Source: Bacteriovoracia bacterium
Lineage (GTDB): Bacteria; Bdellovibrionota; UBA1018; CAIPTA01
DNA length: 64,000 nucleotides
Reading direction: 5' to 3'
Assembly (NCBI GenBank): GCA_050246755.1
Contig: JBFWVL010000007.1
Location: 1-64,000, forward strand
Shown here: one piece after another, positions 9,748 through 19,125 of the stretch
Layout of the letters: each line of letters begins with the position of its first letter
Position numbering within the stretch: position 1 is the stretch's first letter
Position numbers and translations under genes: made by a program
Notes under the pieces: generated by a model
Databases searched by the model: none
Seen by the model: only the letters and a program-made list of their open reading frames with translations
Told to the model about the DNA's origin: nothing

Positions 9748-10002
9748 TTAAGCGGACTTGCGATTTTGCTGTTCGCTCTGGCGGCTGTTGCTACGAGTGT
9801 CTCCTAGGTCCGCCTCCATATCTTCTGATTTGATGGAAGATCGAGACGTGTCGCGGTCCGAGTTCATCGACGGCTTTTGCTGACGGAACTGTTGAGTCTT
9901 CGCCGAGTCCGAGCTTGTGCCCGATTGCGACTTGCTGGTTTGGCTATTGGGCATTTGGTTTTGCGAGTTATTCTGATTATTTTGATTTTTATTGTTTTGC
10001 AT
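9748..10002 (-). CDS. Small N/Q/S-rich hydrophilic, probably disordered protein (84 aa)
   Basis: Strong SD GGAGG before ATG 10002; MQNNKNQNNQNNSQNQ...; sigma54 promoter directly upstream. Confidence 0.7.
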   Translation of the reverse strand: MQNNKNQNNQNNSQNQMPNSQTSKSQSGTSSDSAKTQQFRQQKPSMNSDRDTSRSSIKSEDMEADLGDTRSNSRQSEQQNRKSA

Positions 10003-10035
10003 TTTTCCTCCTATTGGAAATGGCGCAAACAATAT

Positions 10036-10051
10036 TGCAAGAGGGGTACCT
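10036..10051 (-). promoter_or_regulatory. sigma54 -24/-12 promoter
   Basis: Minus strand AGGTACCCCTCTTGCA (GG-N10-GC), about 35 nt before ATG 10002. Confidence 0.6.
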
Positions 10052-10105
10052 AAAGCCGAAATTACGCGAAATCGCCGCGATGAGAAAGGAAAGCGATTTA
10101 GTACT

Positions 10106-10230
10106 AAAAGAAAGAGGCGGCCACAGGGATGCGCACCGCCTCTCACACACATCTCTAATTGGCAGGCTTCTTATTGCGAGAAGCCTGTGGGGAAAACAGC
10201 ATTGCCTCCATAGGGGTCAGGAATCTTCTA
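10106..10230 (-). ncRNA. Candidate Fur-regulated small RNA
   Basis: TTGACA at 10265-10260 next to a Fur-like box; internal 9-bp hairpin CAGGCTTCT/AGAAGCCTG; terminator AGAGGCGG/CCGCCTCT plus U tract at 10144-10106. The 5' end is estimated. Confidence 0.5.
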
Positions 10231-10270
10231 TGGATTAGTAAAAGCGAAAAGAAAAGATCTGTCAAGAAAA

Positions 10271-10285
10271 TGAGAATCATTCTCA
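10271..10285. promoter_or_regulatory. Fur-family box (7-1-7 palindrome)
   Basis: TGAGAAT-C-ATTCTCA, a perfect inverted repeat close to the Fur consensus TGATAAT-N-ATTATCA. Confidence 0.65.
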
Positions 10286-10437
10286 ATTTAGGATAGCCGC
10301 GCAGGGCCAAAGTGGGCTTCGTACCTATGTGGGCCATTAAAACTAGGCAAAAATTATCCGATTCGGGCGAGGTCCATCTAAGGCGGGAAAATACTAACGT
10401 AGCGAAACTCCTGCGCTTCTTTGTGTGGCGCGACATA

Positions 10438-10453
10438 TGGCACGCGTTCTGCT
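10438..10453 (+). promoter_or_regulatory. sigma54 -24/-12 promoter of the subtilase operon
   Basis: TGGCACGCGTTCTGCT (GG-N10-GC). Confidence 0.7.
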
Positions 10454-10513
10454 TTGGAGGTGGGGTCTGGCCCCACTGCCCGACGCATCTTAATGGATTT
10501 AGATGGAGGGGAT

Positions 10514-11557
10514 ATGGAATTCGCTTTCAGCTCCGTACGCGGAGCGCTTCTCGCTTTTTCTCTCTCGGCCCCGGCATTCGGAGCCGCCACCTACGACAGC
10601 CAATGGGCGCTCGCTAATACCGGGCAAAGAGTTTGCCGCTTCGATGGCAAGAATTGCCTCGACGGAAAAGAGGGGGCCGACACCAAGGCCCAGGAAGCTT
10701 GGAAGTGGAATCGGGACTGCTCTGCCATTGTGGTGGCGGTTTTAGATTCAGGCGTGGACCAGCGCCACCCCGACCTCGAGCAAAATCTCATTCCCGGAAA
10801 AAGCTTCGTGGATGATGTAGTGAGCAGCGACCCCCAAGACGACAATCTCCACGGAACCCACGTTTCGGGAATCATCGCCGGAGCCGGCAGCGAAAGCCAG
10901 GGCGTGGTGGGCGTATGCCGGAAGGCACGCTTGCTTCCCGTGAAAGTGGGAGACAAAGAAGGATTCCTTACCGACGCCGATATTCTCGAGGGAATCGCGT
11001 TCGCCGTTTCCAAGCGTGCGAAGGTGATCAACGCTTCGTTCGGAGGAAATACTCCCAATCAATTGGTGAAGGATGCTATGGCCAAAGCGAACGGCACCTT
11101 ATTCGTGGTGGCCGCGGGGAACGGGGATATGTTCGGGCGCGGCTTTAGCATCGACGCGAAGCCTGTGTACCCCGCCGCCTACGATCTTCCCAATATGGTG
11201 GTGGTGGCGGCCACGAATAGCCGGGACGAGCTCGGAACGTTTTCTAACTTCGGCGCGGGCCGCGTGCAGATCGCAGCGCCGGGCGTGAATATCGTGAGTG
11301 CTTTCCCGATGCGTACTACCGAGGAGATGGCGGCGAACGGAATTCCTGTCGAATCGGGAGCGCTCGACGGCACGTCTATGGCCACACCCTACGTGGCCGG
11401 CGCAGCCGCGCTTTTATGGTCTACGATTCCGGGCACCGCTGCGCTGGAGATCAAGCGCCGTCTTTTGCTATCGGTGGATAAGATCCCCGCGCTTGAAGGG
11501 AAAGTGCAAAGCGGGGGCCGGTTGAATATGGCCAAGCTATTCGTTCACGGGATTTGA
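10514..11557 (+). CDS. Secreted subtilisin-like S8 protease without an N-terminal prodomain
   Basis: Triad VAVLDSG, HGTHVSG, GTSMATP. The signal peptide is followed directly by YDSQWALANTGQ; SD GGAGGGG. Confidence 0.93.
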   Translation: MEFAFSSVRGALLAFSLSAPAFGAATYDSQWALANTGQRVCRFDGKNCLDGKEGADTKAQEAWKWNRDCSAIVVAVLDSGVDQRHPDLEQNLIPGKSFVDDVVSSDPQDDNLHGTHVSGIIAGAGSESQGVVGVCRKARLLPVKVGDKEGFLTDADILEGIAFAVSKRAKVINASFGGNTPNQLVKDAMAKANGTLFVVAAGNGDMFGRGFSIDAKPVYPAAYDLPNMVVVAATNSRDELGTFSNFGAGRVQIAAPGVNIVSAFPMRTTEEMAANGIPVESGALDGTSMATPYVAGAAALLWSTIPGTAALEIKRRLLLSVDKIPALEGKVQSGGRLNMAKLFVHGI

Positions 11558-11583
11558 TCCCGGTTTCCAGGAGGGAGAAAAAC

Positions 11584-12201
11584 ATGAAGAGAAAAATTAT
11601 CTTGCTGGCCATGGCGCTGGCCCTTGGATTGGTGTTTTGGGATATGCCCCGGGAGCGTCAGCTCGCCTCCGGGCCCAAGGTGGAGGCGCAGGACCAAATC
11701 ACTAGCGTGGCTCATGGCCCTAAGGCGGAACCGGTGGAGGCCGCGGTGGCCGAGGCGGAGGAGCACGGAGCTCTACCGGCGATTGCTCCCCGGCTTTTAT
11801 TTCCCGCGGCTAGGGTGCTTTCGCGCTTGGAATCCGCGGCCGATTCGGCGGGCAGAGTGCGGGTGATCAAAACCGTAGAGACCGCCATGAGGCAGAAATT
11901 CGTGCGCGTGGAGGAAGTTTACGTAGAGGGGAAAGCCGAAAGTGCCAACCTGGTAGAACAGAATGCCATGGTAGCCAATCAGCTGCTGGCCCAGAAGCCC
12001 GCGGCGATGGACGAAGAGCGTTTTCGCCGAATTCTCGAAGGCACCGGAGCTTCCGAGATCAAAAAAGTGGGGGAGGGCTTCCTGGTAACCTTTCAGGCTG
12101 AACCCGAAAATCCTTTGGCCCTCGATTCTTTCCTATCCCGCGTAAAGTCCGCGGTGGCCGGGCTTGTAGTGGAACCCAATTATATTCGCCGCTTGTTTTG
12201 A
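11584..12201 (+). CDS. Exported protein resembling a stand-alone S8 prodomain (I9/fervidolysin-like)
   Basis: N-terminal signal/anchor; ends ...MVANQLL...FLVTF...VVEPNYIRRLF, the usual prodomain ending; SD AGGAGG. Confidence 0.65.
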   Translation: MKRKIILLAMALALGLVFWDMPRERQLASGPKVEAQDQITSVAHGPKAEPVEAAVAEAEEHGALPAIAPRLLFPAARVLSRLESAADSAGRVRVIKTVETAMRQKFVRVEEVYVEGKAESANLVEQNAMVANQLLAQKPAAMDEERFRRILEGTGASEIKKVGEGFLVTFQAEPENPLALDSFLSRVKSAVAGLVVEPNYIRRLF

Positions 12202-12252
12202 CGCCCGTTGCTAGGCGATCCTAGAGGCCAGACCAATTTCCGGAGTGGGCCT

Positions 12253-12759
12253 TTGGCGCTTAGAAATAATAAATATTTACCTTTTATCGCCGCGTTGCTG
12301 TTGTCGGTGCTCGCTGGCTCCGTGGCCGGTGGGCTCTATTTTTTCCGCGAACAGTATTTCGATACCGGAAAAAGCAGGGCGCACGGTAAGTTCGAACCCC
12401 TCGTGGAAGAGAAGCTCCTCGGAGCCGCTACGGCCTACGCGGAGAAAAAACTTCGGCAGCCCGAACAAGTCTGCGTCACCCGCTCCTTGGGAAGAGACGA
12501 GCGTTACGTCTACCTCGCTTTTGGCTGCGCCAAGTTTGCTATGCAGTACGGAGAACCCCGCGCTTATGGAGACCAGGGTTTCCGCGCCTTGCGTCTGCGT
12601 TACTGGGGTAATTGGATAGTGGCCATGGACCAAGGCAATCCCGAGCGGCTCCCGGAAACCCTGCGTCGGCTCTACCCGCCCGAGCTCCAGGATCTTTGGT
12701 GGAAGAAAACCTCGGTGTTGGAATTTATCCGCGAGGGCGCCAAAGGCTCAGCCCCCTAA
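12253..12759 (+). CDS. Hypothetical membrane-anchored protein
   Basis: TTG start after GGAG; one N-terminal TM helix; two Cys. Confidence 0.6.
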   Translation: MALRNNKYLPFIAALLLSVLAGSVAGGLYFFREQYFDTGKSRAHGKFEPLVEEKLLGAATAYAEKKLRQPEQVCVTRSLGRDERYVYLAFGCAKFAMQYGEPRAYGDQGFRALRLRYWGNWIVAMDQGNPERLPETLRRLYPPELQDLWWKKTSVLEFIREGAKGSAP

Positions 12760-12867
12760 CATCGCATTGCGTTGATGGCCGAATCGCCACGTCTGCTCGC
12801 GGAGGCTTGGGATTTTGCCGATTTGGGGTATAGTTCTGGCACGCATATTTCTACAGGAGGAAATCCC

Positions 12868-13482
12868 ATGGCGTTCGCACTTCCCAAATTACCTTACGAG
12901 CAAAGCAGTCTGGCCCCGAATCTCTCCAAGGAAACTTTCGAGTTCCATTACGGCAAACACCACAAAGCCTATATCGACAATATGAACAAGCTTCTCGACG
13001 ACTCTCCGTTCAAGGATGCTTCGCTCGAAGAGATCGTGCGCAAATCCTCCGGTGGCATGTTCAATAATTCCGCCCAGGCCTGGAACCATACCTTTTATTG
13101 GTACTGCATGAGCCCTAACGCCGGCGCACCTGGTGCCGGCTTAGCGAAAGCCGTGGACACCGCGTTCGGTTCGAAAGAGAAAATGATCGAGCAGTTCATC
13201 GCCCAAGGCCTCGCGAACTTCGGTTCAGGCTGGACTTGGCTGGTGAAAGATAAGGCCGGTAAGGTTTCCATCGTAAACACCTCCAACGCCGACACGCCGA
13301 TCACCAAGGACCTCGTGCCCCTCTTCGTGGCCGACGTTTGGGAGCATGCGTATTATATCGACTATCGTAACGCGCGGAAATCCTACCTCGAGAACTTCCC
13401 CAAGATCCTCAACTGGAAATTCGCTTCCGAGCAGTTTGATAGCAGTGAAGTATTCAACGCCACCAAGCTGATGCGCGCGTAA
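12868..13482 (+). CDS. sodB: Fe superoxide dismutase
   Basis: HYGKHHKAY, FNNSAQAWNH, FGSGWTWL, DVWEHAYY; SD AGGAGG. Confidence 0.95.
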   Translation: MAFALPKLPYEQSSLAPNLSKETFEFHYGKHHKAYIDNMNKLLDDSPFKDASLEEIVRKSSGGMFNNSAQAWNHTFYWYCMSPNAGAPGAGLAKAVDTAFGSKEKMIEQFIAQGLANFGSGWTWLVKDKAGKVSIVNTSNADTPITKDLVPLFVADVWEHAYYIDYRNARKSYLENFPKILNWKFASEQFDSSEVFNATKLMRA

Positions 13483-13496
13483 GTTCGAGATTTTGG

Positions 13497-13544
13497 AAAA
13501 ACAAAAAGAGCGGTTTCCGGAAGGAGATCACTCTTTTTGTTTTT
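13497..13544. terminator. Bidirectional terminator between sodB and msrA
   Basis: AAAAACAAAAAGAG...CTCTTTTTGTTTTT long inverted repeat. Confidence 0.75.
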
Positions 13545-13554
13545 GCGGACGAGC

Positions 13555-14048
13555 TTAGAACTTCATCGGCCTCACGAAGTGGCAGGTATAGCCGTTCGGA
13601 TGCTTCTGTAAATAATCCTGGTGATAATCCTCGGCCGAGTAAAACGGAGTGGCCGCCGTAATCTCGGTAACGATGGGTTTTTTCCAGGCCCCACTGGCTT
13701 CCACGAGGGCCTTCACTTTTTCAGCTACGCGCCGCTGTTCTTCGTCGTGCACGAAGATGGCGGAACGATAGGAGTCGCCCACGTCATTTCCCTGGCGGTC
13801 CACGGTGGTAGGATCATGGGCCTTAAAGAAAAACTTCAGGATTTCTTCGTACGAAGTTTGGGCCGGATCGAAGGTGATATCGATGGCCTCGGCGTGGCGG
13901 GTATCTCCCTGTTTTACGTGCTCATACGTGGGGTTCACCATTTTCCCGCCGGTATAGCCTACTTGCGTGTCGAGCACGCCGGGTAGCTGGCGGAATAATT
14001 CTTCCATTCCCCAGAAGCAGCCGCCGGCGAGCGTGGCGTGTTCTTTTT

Positions 14049-14052
<4 letters not shown>
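13555..14052 (-). CDS. msrA: Peptide-methionine (S)-S-oxide reductase
   Basis: [20 protein letters not shown]. Confidence 0.96.
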
Positions 14053-14507
<455 letters not shown>

Positions 14508-14646
14508 GGCTACCTCGCTTGCTATTGGTTCTTCCACGCGCTAACGCAACTCGCGCTCTTTCCTGTTTACCACACTGCAAATCCCCTGCCTATGTGGCCA
14601 AATGGGGCAGTGGAAAAATGCAGCCGCCGGGGATAGAATTTAGCCC

Positions 14647-15171
14647 ATGAGCGCTCCGAAAAAGAAGCCGGCGAAAAAAGCCGCAAAGGCGAAATCTTGG
14701 GCTTTTCAGTACAAGAGTTTTACGCTGCCCACTTTCCGCTCCCCGCTGGAAGGAGAGCAAGAAATCCGGTTTAAGGATGAAGTGGACCACGCCTTCTTCC
14801 TGCGTTGCTGTGAGCTGTACCGCGTGCTGGATCTGGTGGAGAGAACCACCGAGAAGCTGGTGGAAGTGTATTCGAAGTACCGCAATCGCGACCCTTTCAA
14901 AGAAGCCCTTACCTTCCGCTATTTCGATTCAGAAGAAGCCTTGGTGGCTAAATTCGATCCTCGGCTAGCGGCGAATATGTTCGCGCTGTTCAATCTTCTG
15001 TATGAACTCAGAATTTCCCTGACCTATACCGATCTCCTGCCCCTTACGGTGAAGAAGGAAATCGACGATTCCATGCTCACGCTCCGAGAATCCTGGAACG
15101 ACCTTCGCGATGGCGTGGAAGAGCGCTACGGTTGGCAGTTCAAAAAAATGGTATTGCCCGAAGGGCTCTAG
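14647..15171 (+). CDS. Hypothetical cytoplasmic protein
   Basis: 174-aa ORF with genome-typical codon use, Lys/Ala-rich N-terminus and helical body; no family recognised. Confidence 0.7.
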   Translation: MSAPKKKPAKKAAKAKSWAFQYKSFTLPTFRSPLEGEQEIRFKDEVDHAFFLRCCELYRVLDLVERTTEKLVEVYSKYRNRDPFKEALTFRYFDSEEALVAKFDPRLAANMFALFNLLYELRISLTYTDLLPLTVKKEIDDSMLTLRESWNDLRDGVEERYGWQFKKMVLPEGL

Positions 15172-16232
15172 GCGGCCTTGAGAAAATCGGCCTCGAGGTA
15201 TTCGATCAATTGATCCCAGTTTTGATCCCGGCTGCGCAGGCTGAGGCCTGCGATTTGGCTTTGCTTGTCGATCCAGATGGTGGAAGCGATCACCTCGGAC
15301 TGTTTGGTTACGCCCACCGAAACGGTGAGGGCGTATACTTTCCCATTCTCCAGCGGCTCTTCCGCCCGTATTTTCAGGCCTTCCCGGGAAACATCGAGCA
15401 CGAGCAAGTGGATGCGTTCGCCCTTGCCGTCGCAAAGGTAGCCGTCGCAATTCATCGGGAAGCGGCGGAAGCGCGGGAATTTTTCAAAGGGCAGGTTTAG
15501 GGCGCGTTCCGGGAGGGCTTTGGCGTATTCACCGTAGTCGTAGATGCTTTTTAGCACGCGCAGTTCTAGATCGCTCAGCTCGCGGAACAGTTTCGTGCGT
15601 TCGGTAAATAGGTAGCGCAGGACTTCCGCCGACATATTTTGGTGCGCCACCAGGAAGAATTTTTGTTCCGGAAAGTTATAGCTCACCTCGATGCCCTCGG
15701 GCACGGATTTACGGTGGTCGGGGGAGAGGCGCGCATCGAGCCAGAGGGCAACGCTATCCTCGCGGCTATCGAGTTTGCGGTAGCCGAGCTTTCCGGCTTC
15801 GGCGCTCCAGCTTTCCGAGCTCTCGGTAACGAAAGCATCGTAGTGGCAATAGCTGGCGCCGAAGCAGATGGCGAAATGGTAGAGGGCCGGCTGCAATTCG
15901 GCATGACTTCTCCAATTGGGGTGAAGGCCCACGGCGGAAACTTCCGCCACGCGTCCTTCAAGATCGGTTCGCAGCTCCTCGAGACTGAAGCGCTCTTCGA
16001 TCGGCAGCCGGAATGGATTTTCTCCAAATAGAGTGAGTGCGCCCACCACGCGGCCCTCATTTAAGGCCACGATCATATTCGTAGAAGGCAGGGCGTGCTG
16101 CTTCAGGAGCCAGAGGCCGTCGGTGCCCGTGGTAGGTTTTCCTCCGCGGGCCAAATGAGCCTGTTCCAGTAGTGCGAACGCCTCTGCAAATTCTTCTTTT
16201 GTGCGCGCGAGCTGAATTCGAATGCTAGACAC
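15168..16232 (-). CDS. FeeM-like N-acyl amino acid synthase (GNAT fold) fused to a C-terminal PilZ domain
   Basis: N-terminal IQLART.EE..EAF.L...VVGALTLF...LPIE...RVAEVSA; C-terminal RFRR and DVSREG PilZ motifs. Confidence 0.7.
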   Translation of the reverse strand: MSSIRIQLARTKEEFAEAFALLEQAHLARGGKPTTGTDGLWLLKQHALPSTNMIVALNEGRVVGALTLFGENPFRLPIEERFSLEELRTDLEGRVAEVSAVGLHPNWRSHAELQPALYHFAICFGASYCHYDAFVTESSESWSAEAGKLGYRKLDSREDSVALWLDARLSPDHRKSVPEGIEVSYNFPEQKFFLVAHQNMSAEVLRYLFTERTKLFRELSDLELRVLKSIYDYGEYAKALPERALNLPFEKFPRFRRFPMNCDGYLCDGKGERIHLLVLDVSREGLKIRAEEPLENGKVYALTVSVGVTKQSEVIASTIWIDKQSQIAGLSLRSRDQNWDQLIEYLEADFLKAA

Positions 16233-16286
16233 GGCTCACCCCCAGCTATCTTTCAGTATAGCGTGTTTTATGCGGTGCGTCTATTT

Positions 16287-16309
16287 AATTGTTAATAATA
16301 TTAACAATT
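16287..16309. promoter_or_regulatory. Perfect 10-3-10 AT-rich palindrome (possible operator)
   Basis: AATTGTTAAT-AAT-ATTAACAATT upstream of the GNAT-PilZ gene's -10 (TATACT). Confidence 0.45.
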
Positions 16310-16343
16310 GGGCCAGCATGGTTAAAATTACTAGCTATTTTTT

Positions 16344-17144
16344 CTAAGAGACGCAGCCATCGTTAGCCTCAGGAGGTTCTTCCTGGGGACTGCAATTGGG
16401 GCTCTTTAGGGGGCAGGTGAGGCGGATATGAAAGTGGTCCATATGGCCTTCATAGGAGCGGAGGCGAAACAGAACTTCACGGGCAGATTCCGTTTCCCCA
16501 GTCAGTCTCGCATACCGGCAAAACTCTTGCTTGATCACATCATTCACGAACACGCGCTGCACGCGCCCCGAGTTCACGAAAAGTTTTGCAAGTTCCCAGT
16601 TTCGGCTGACGTCGAAATTAGCGGTAACTCTTCCATCCTTCACGAAAGATTCACTATAGCCGTCCGTAGAATTAGGGTCTTGCTCCGTTTGGTTTAAGCG
16701 GAGGAAAGCGATGTCGGCATCAAGGCCGTTCTGATGGCTTGCGTGGCCGTCCGCAGTTCCGCCGCCTTTCTTCGACATATCACCCACCTGGATGCGATCC
16801 CGGCTAGGCCGCAGCCGTTTCAGGCTCTTCGCGGATTCGGTGATCACGTAGAGCAGATCTTTGCTGCCATAGCGGCGGTTCCGTGGCCTCAAAATCTTGG
16901 TAAACCCCGTGCCGCTCCAGGCGAGGTGGCTATCATGCAGGATTTTTCCGTTCGAATAGAATCCCCTGGCTTGCTCTTTCGTGCCCTGGGAGGGATGGCC
17001 GGCGTGATCGCCAGGAAGGGAGGGGAGCACGATGGGCTGTTCACCTCCACCTATACCGGTATTTCCCCCGGAGATTTCGTCTTTGTTATCTTTCGCGCAA
17101 GCCGCCAATAGAATACAGAAAATCAGCAGGTAACGAGATTTCAT
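16344..17144 (-). CDS. mepA: Penicillin-insensitive murein endopeptidase (M74), lipoprotein
   Basis: Lipobox LAAC; GDMS..GG, HASHQNGLDADI, HMDHFHIRL.CP. Confidence 0.88.
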   Translation of the reverse strand: MKSRYLLIFCILLAACAKDNKDEISGGNTGIGGGEQPIVLPSLPGDHAGHPSQGTKEQARGFYSNGKILHDSHLAWSGTGFTKILRPRNRRYGSKDLLYVITESAKSLKRLRPSRDRIQVGDMSKKGGGTADGHASHQNGLDADIAFLRLNQTEQDPNSTDGYSESFVKDGRVTANFDVSRNWELAKLFVNSGRVQRVFVNDVIKQEFCRYARLTGETESAREVLFRLRSYEGHMDHFHIRLTCPLKSPNCSPQEEPPEANDGCVS

Positions 17145-17288
17145 CCGTGAATCCTCTTTAACCGGAACAAGGCGTGTGTCTATTTAGGATATCGCGGAAA
17201 AGAAAATAGGCCAGCGGCAACGCCACACGGAAAGAGAATATCACGGCATAAACGGAAACACTTTGATCAAAATTCTACCGGTAAACGG

Positions 17289-17330
17289 AAAAAAAAGGCC
17301 CCCAGCTGTTCTTTGCTGAGTGCCTCTTTT
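17289..17330 (-). terminator. Terminator of the sigma54 activator gene
   Basis: Minus strand AGGCACTCAGC-loop-GCTGGGGGCC followed by a T run. Confidence 0.6.
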
Positions 17331-17350
17331 ATGTAGCAATGAGCTGGGTT

Positions 17351-18997
17351 TTAACCGGCTTTTTCGTCGGATCCGGAATCGTCGTAGTAATCCTCTTCCA
17401 CTTCTTCGGCACGTCCACCATTGGCGGCGGCGGCTTGGGCGGCGTAGATCTTACGTTTATCGAGGCCGTATTTCTCCACTTTCATGATCAGCCCCGCCCG
17501 CGAGATACCGAGCTCTTTAGCGAGGCGGCTCTTGTTCCAGTTGGTGCGTTTGAGGCCTTCTTTAATCATGGTGCGCTCGAGCTCTTCGAGGGCGTCCTTC
17601 AGCTTGCCGGCCACGCGCACGCCTTGCACTTTGGTGTGCTCGCCGAACTCGCGGATGCGGGGGGAAAGGATTTCCACCGGGATTATTTGTTCATCGCCGG
17701 TGAGCACGAGCAGGCGCTCCATTTCGTTCTGGAGCTCGCGCACGTTTCCTGGCCAAGCGTAGTCGAATACTTTTTCCATGGCGCGTTTGGCTAGGCGTTT
17801 AAGGGGGATGCCTTTTTCTTCGCAGCCTTTAGCGATGAAGTGCTCGATCAGAACCGGGATATCTTCCTTGCGGTCGCGAAGCGCGGGCACGTGCACGTTG
17901 ATCACGTTGATGCGGTAGTAAAGATCTTCCCGGAACTCGCCGCTTTCCACCATGGCCTTGAGGTCCTTGTTGGTGGCGGTGAGCACTCGCACGTCTACTT
18001 TGCGGGCTTCGGTGGCGCCCACGGGCAGGATCGTGCCTTCCTGGAGAACGCGGAGAAGCTTCACCTGCATGGTGCCGGTCATGTCCCCGATTTCGTCGAG
18101 GAAGATGGTGCCTTTATCGGAAGCCTCGAACACGCCTTTTTTATCTTTCACGGCGCCGGTGAAGGCACCTTTCACGTGGCCGAAGAGCTCGCTGTCGAGA
18201 AGGTTCTCGTTGAAAGCAGCGCAGTTGATGGTGAGAAATACTTTATCTTTGCGCGGGCTATTGTAGTGAACGGCGCGAGCGATCAATTCTTTACCGGTTC
18301 CGTTCTCGCCTGAGATCATCACGGTGGAATCGGAGTTCTTGATCTTATCGAGCAGGGTGTAAACGTCCTGCATCGGTTTCGACTTACCGATGATATTGTC
18401 GTAGCGGTAACGCACGCCCAGCTCTTTGTTCAGGGCATTGATGCGTTCTTCGCGGCTCGAGATCTCTTGGTGGAGGGTTTCGATCTCTTGGGCCACGAGC
18501 TGCACGAGCTCTTGCATATAGTGAAGATTGGAATCGGTTACGGCTTTGAGGCCTTCCACGGCTTTTTCCACGTCGTTGGCGTTGAGGCCGAAGGCGATCG
18601 CGGCTTTTTTGAGGGAATCTTTATCGGCGCTGGTGAGCTCGGCCGGGAGGAAGGGCCAGGCGAATACGGTGCCGAGGAATTCATTGTCGATCTTCACCTT
18701 GGTGAACATTGCTTTCGTATTTGGGAAAGGGCCATCTACGATTTCGAACGGTTTTTCGGAGCTAGCGAGTTTCGCGCAAATTTTAGTAGAGTAGGCTTCG
18801 AGGAACTCTTGTCCGTTAGGTGCCTGCAGGATCAGCTGCACGAGCATGTTATTGCAGCTCGGCTTTTCGCCCCGCATGTGGTTGTGAATCGTGCCTTGTC
18901 CGTCGGCGATGAGAATGGCGGTATTGAACCAAGAGCTCAAAATTTCGTCGAGTTTCTTGATCACGTGAATGTGTTTTAGTTCTTCCCAATTAATCAT
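17351..18997 (-). CDS. sigma54-dependent activator with a PocR-like N-terminal sensory domain
   Basis: Walker A GENGTGKE, GAFTGA loop, FLDEIG, WPGNVREL, Fis-type HTH; non-receiver N-terminus plus coiled coil. Confidence 0.9.
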   Translation of the reverse strand: MINWEELKHIHVIKKLDEILSSWFNTAILIADGQGTIHNHMRGEKPSCNNMLVQLILQAPNGQEFLEAYSTKICAKLASSEKPFEIVDGPFPNTKAMFTKVKIDNEFLGTVFAWPFLPAELTSADKDSLKKAAIAFGLNANDVEKAVEGLKAVTDSNLHYMQELVQLVAQEIETLHQEISSREERINALNKELGVRYRYDNIIGKSKPMQDVYTLLDKIKNSDSTVMISGENGTGKELIARAVHYNSPRKDKVFLTINCAAFNENLLDSELFGHVKGAFTGAVKDKKGVFEASDKGTIFLDEIGDMTGTMQVKLLRVLQEGTILPVGATEARKVDVRVLTATNKDLKAMVESGEFREDLYYRINVINVHVPALRDRKEDIPVLIEHFIAKGCEEKGIPLKRLAKRAMEKVFDYAWPGNVRELQNEMERLLVLTGDEQIIPVEILSPRIREFGEHTKVQGVRVAGKLKDALEELERTMIKEGLKRTNWNKSRLAKELGISRAGLIMKVEKYGLDKRKIYAAQAAAANGGRAEEVEEDYYDDSGSDEKAG

Positions 18998-19039
18998 AGT
19001 GCCCCTCACGTTTTGAATGTCCGAAAGCTTACGTCTAAC

Positions 19040-19067
19040 TATTCGACACTTGTGCTGAGGAACTTGA
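19040..19067 (-). promoter_or_regulatory. FliA (sigma28)-like promoter
   Basis: Minus strand TCAA-N16-GTCGAATA, upstream of the activator gene. Confidence 0.5.
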
Positions 19068-19125
19068 CGATTTTTTTAAATGAGCTGGAAATACCGTTAG
19101 TTAAACACCACCGGAAAGCGGTTAA

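Noticed and set aside
10106-12880. Direct base-pairing of the candidate sRNA with the sodB ribosome-binding site
   Set aside because: Only short interrupted complementarity by eye; not supportable without computation.
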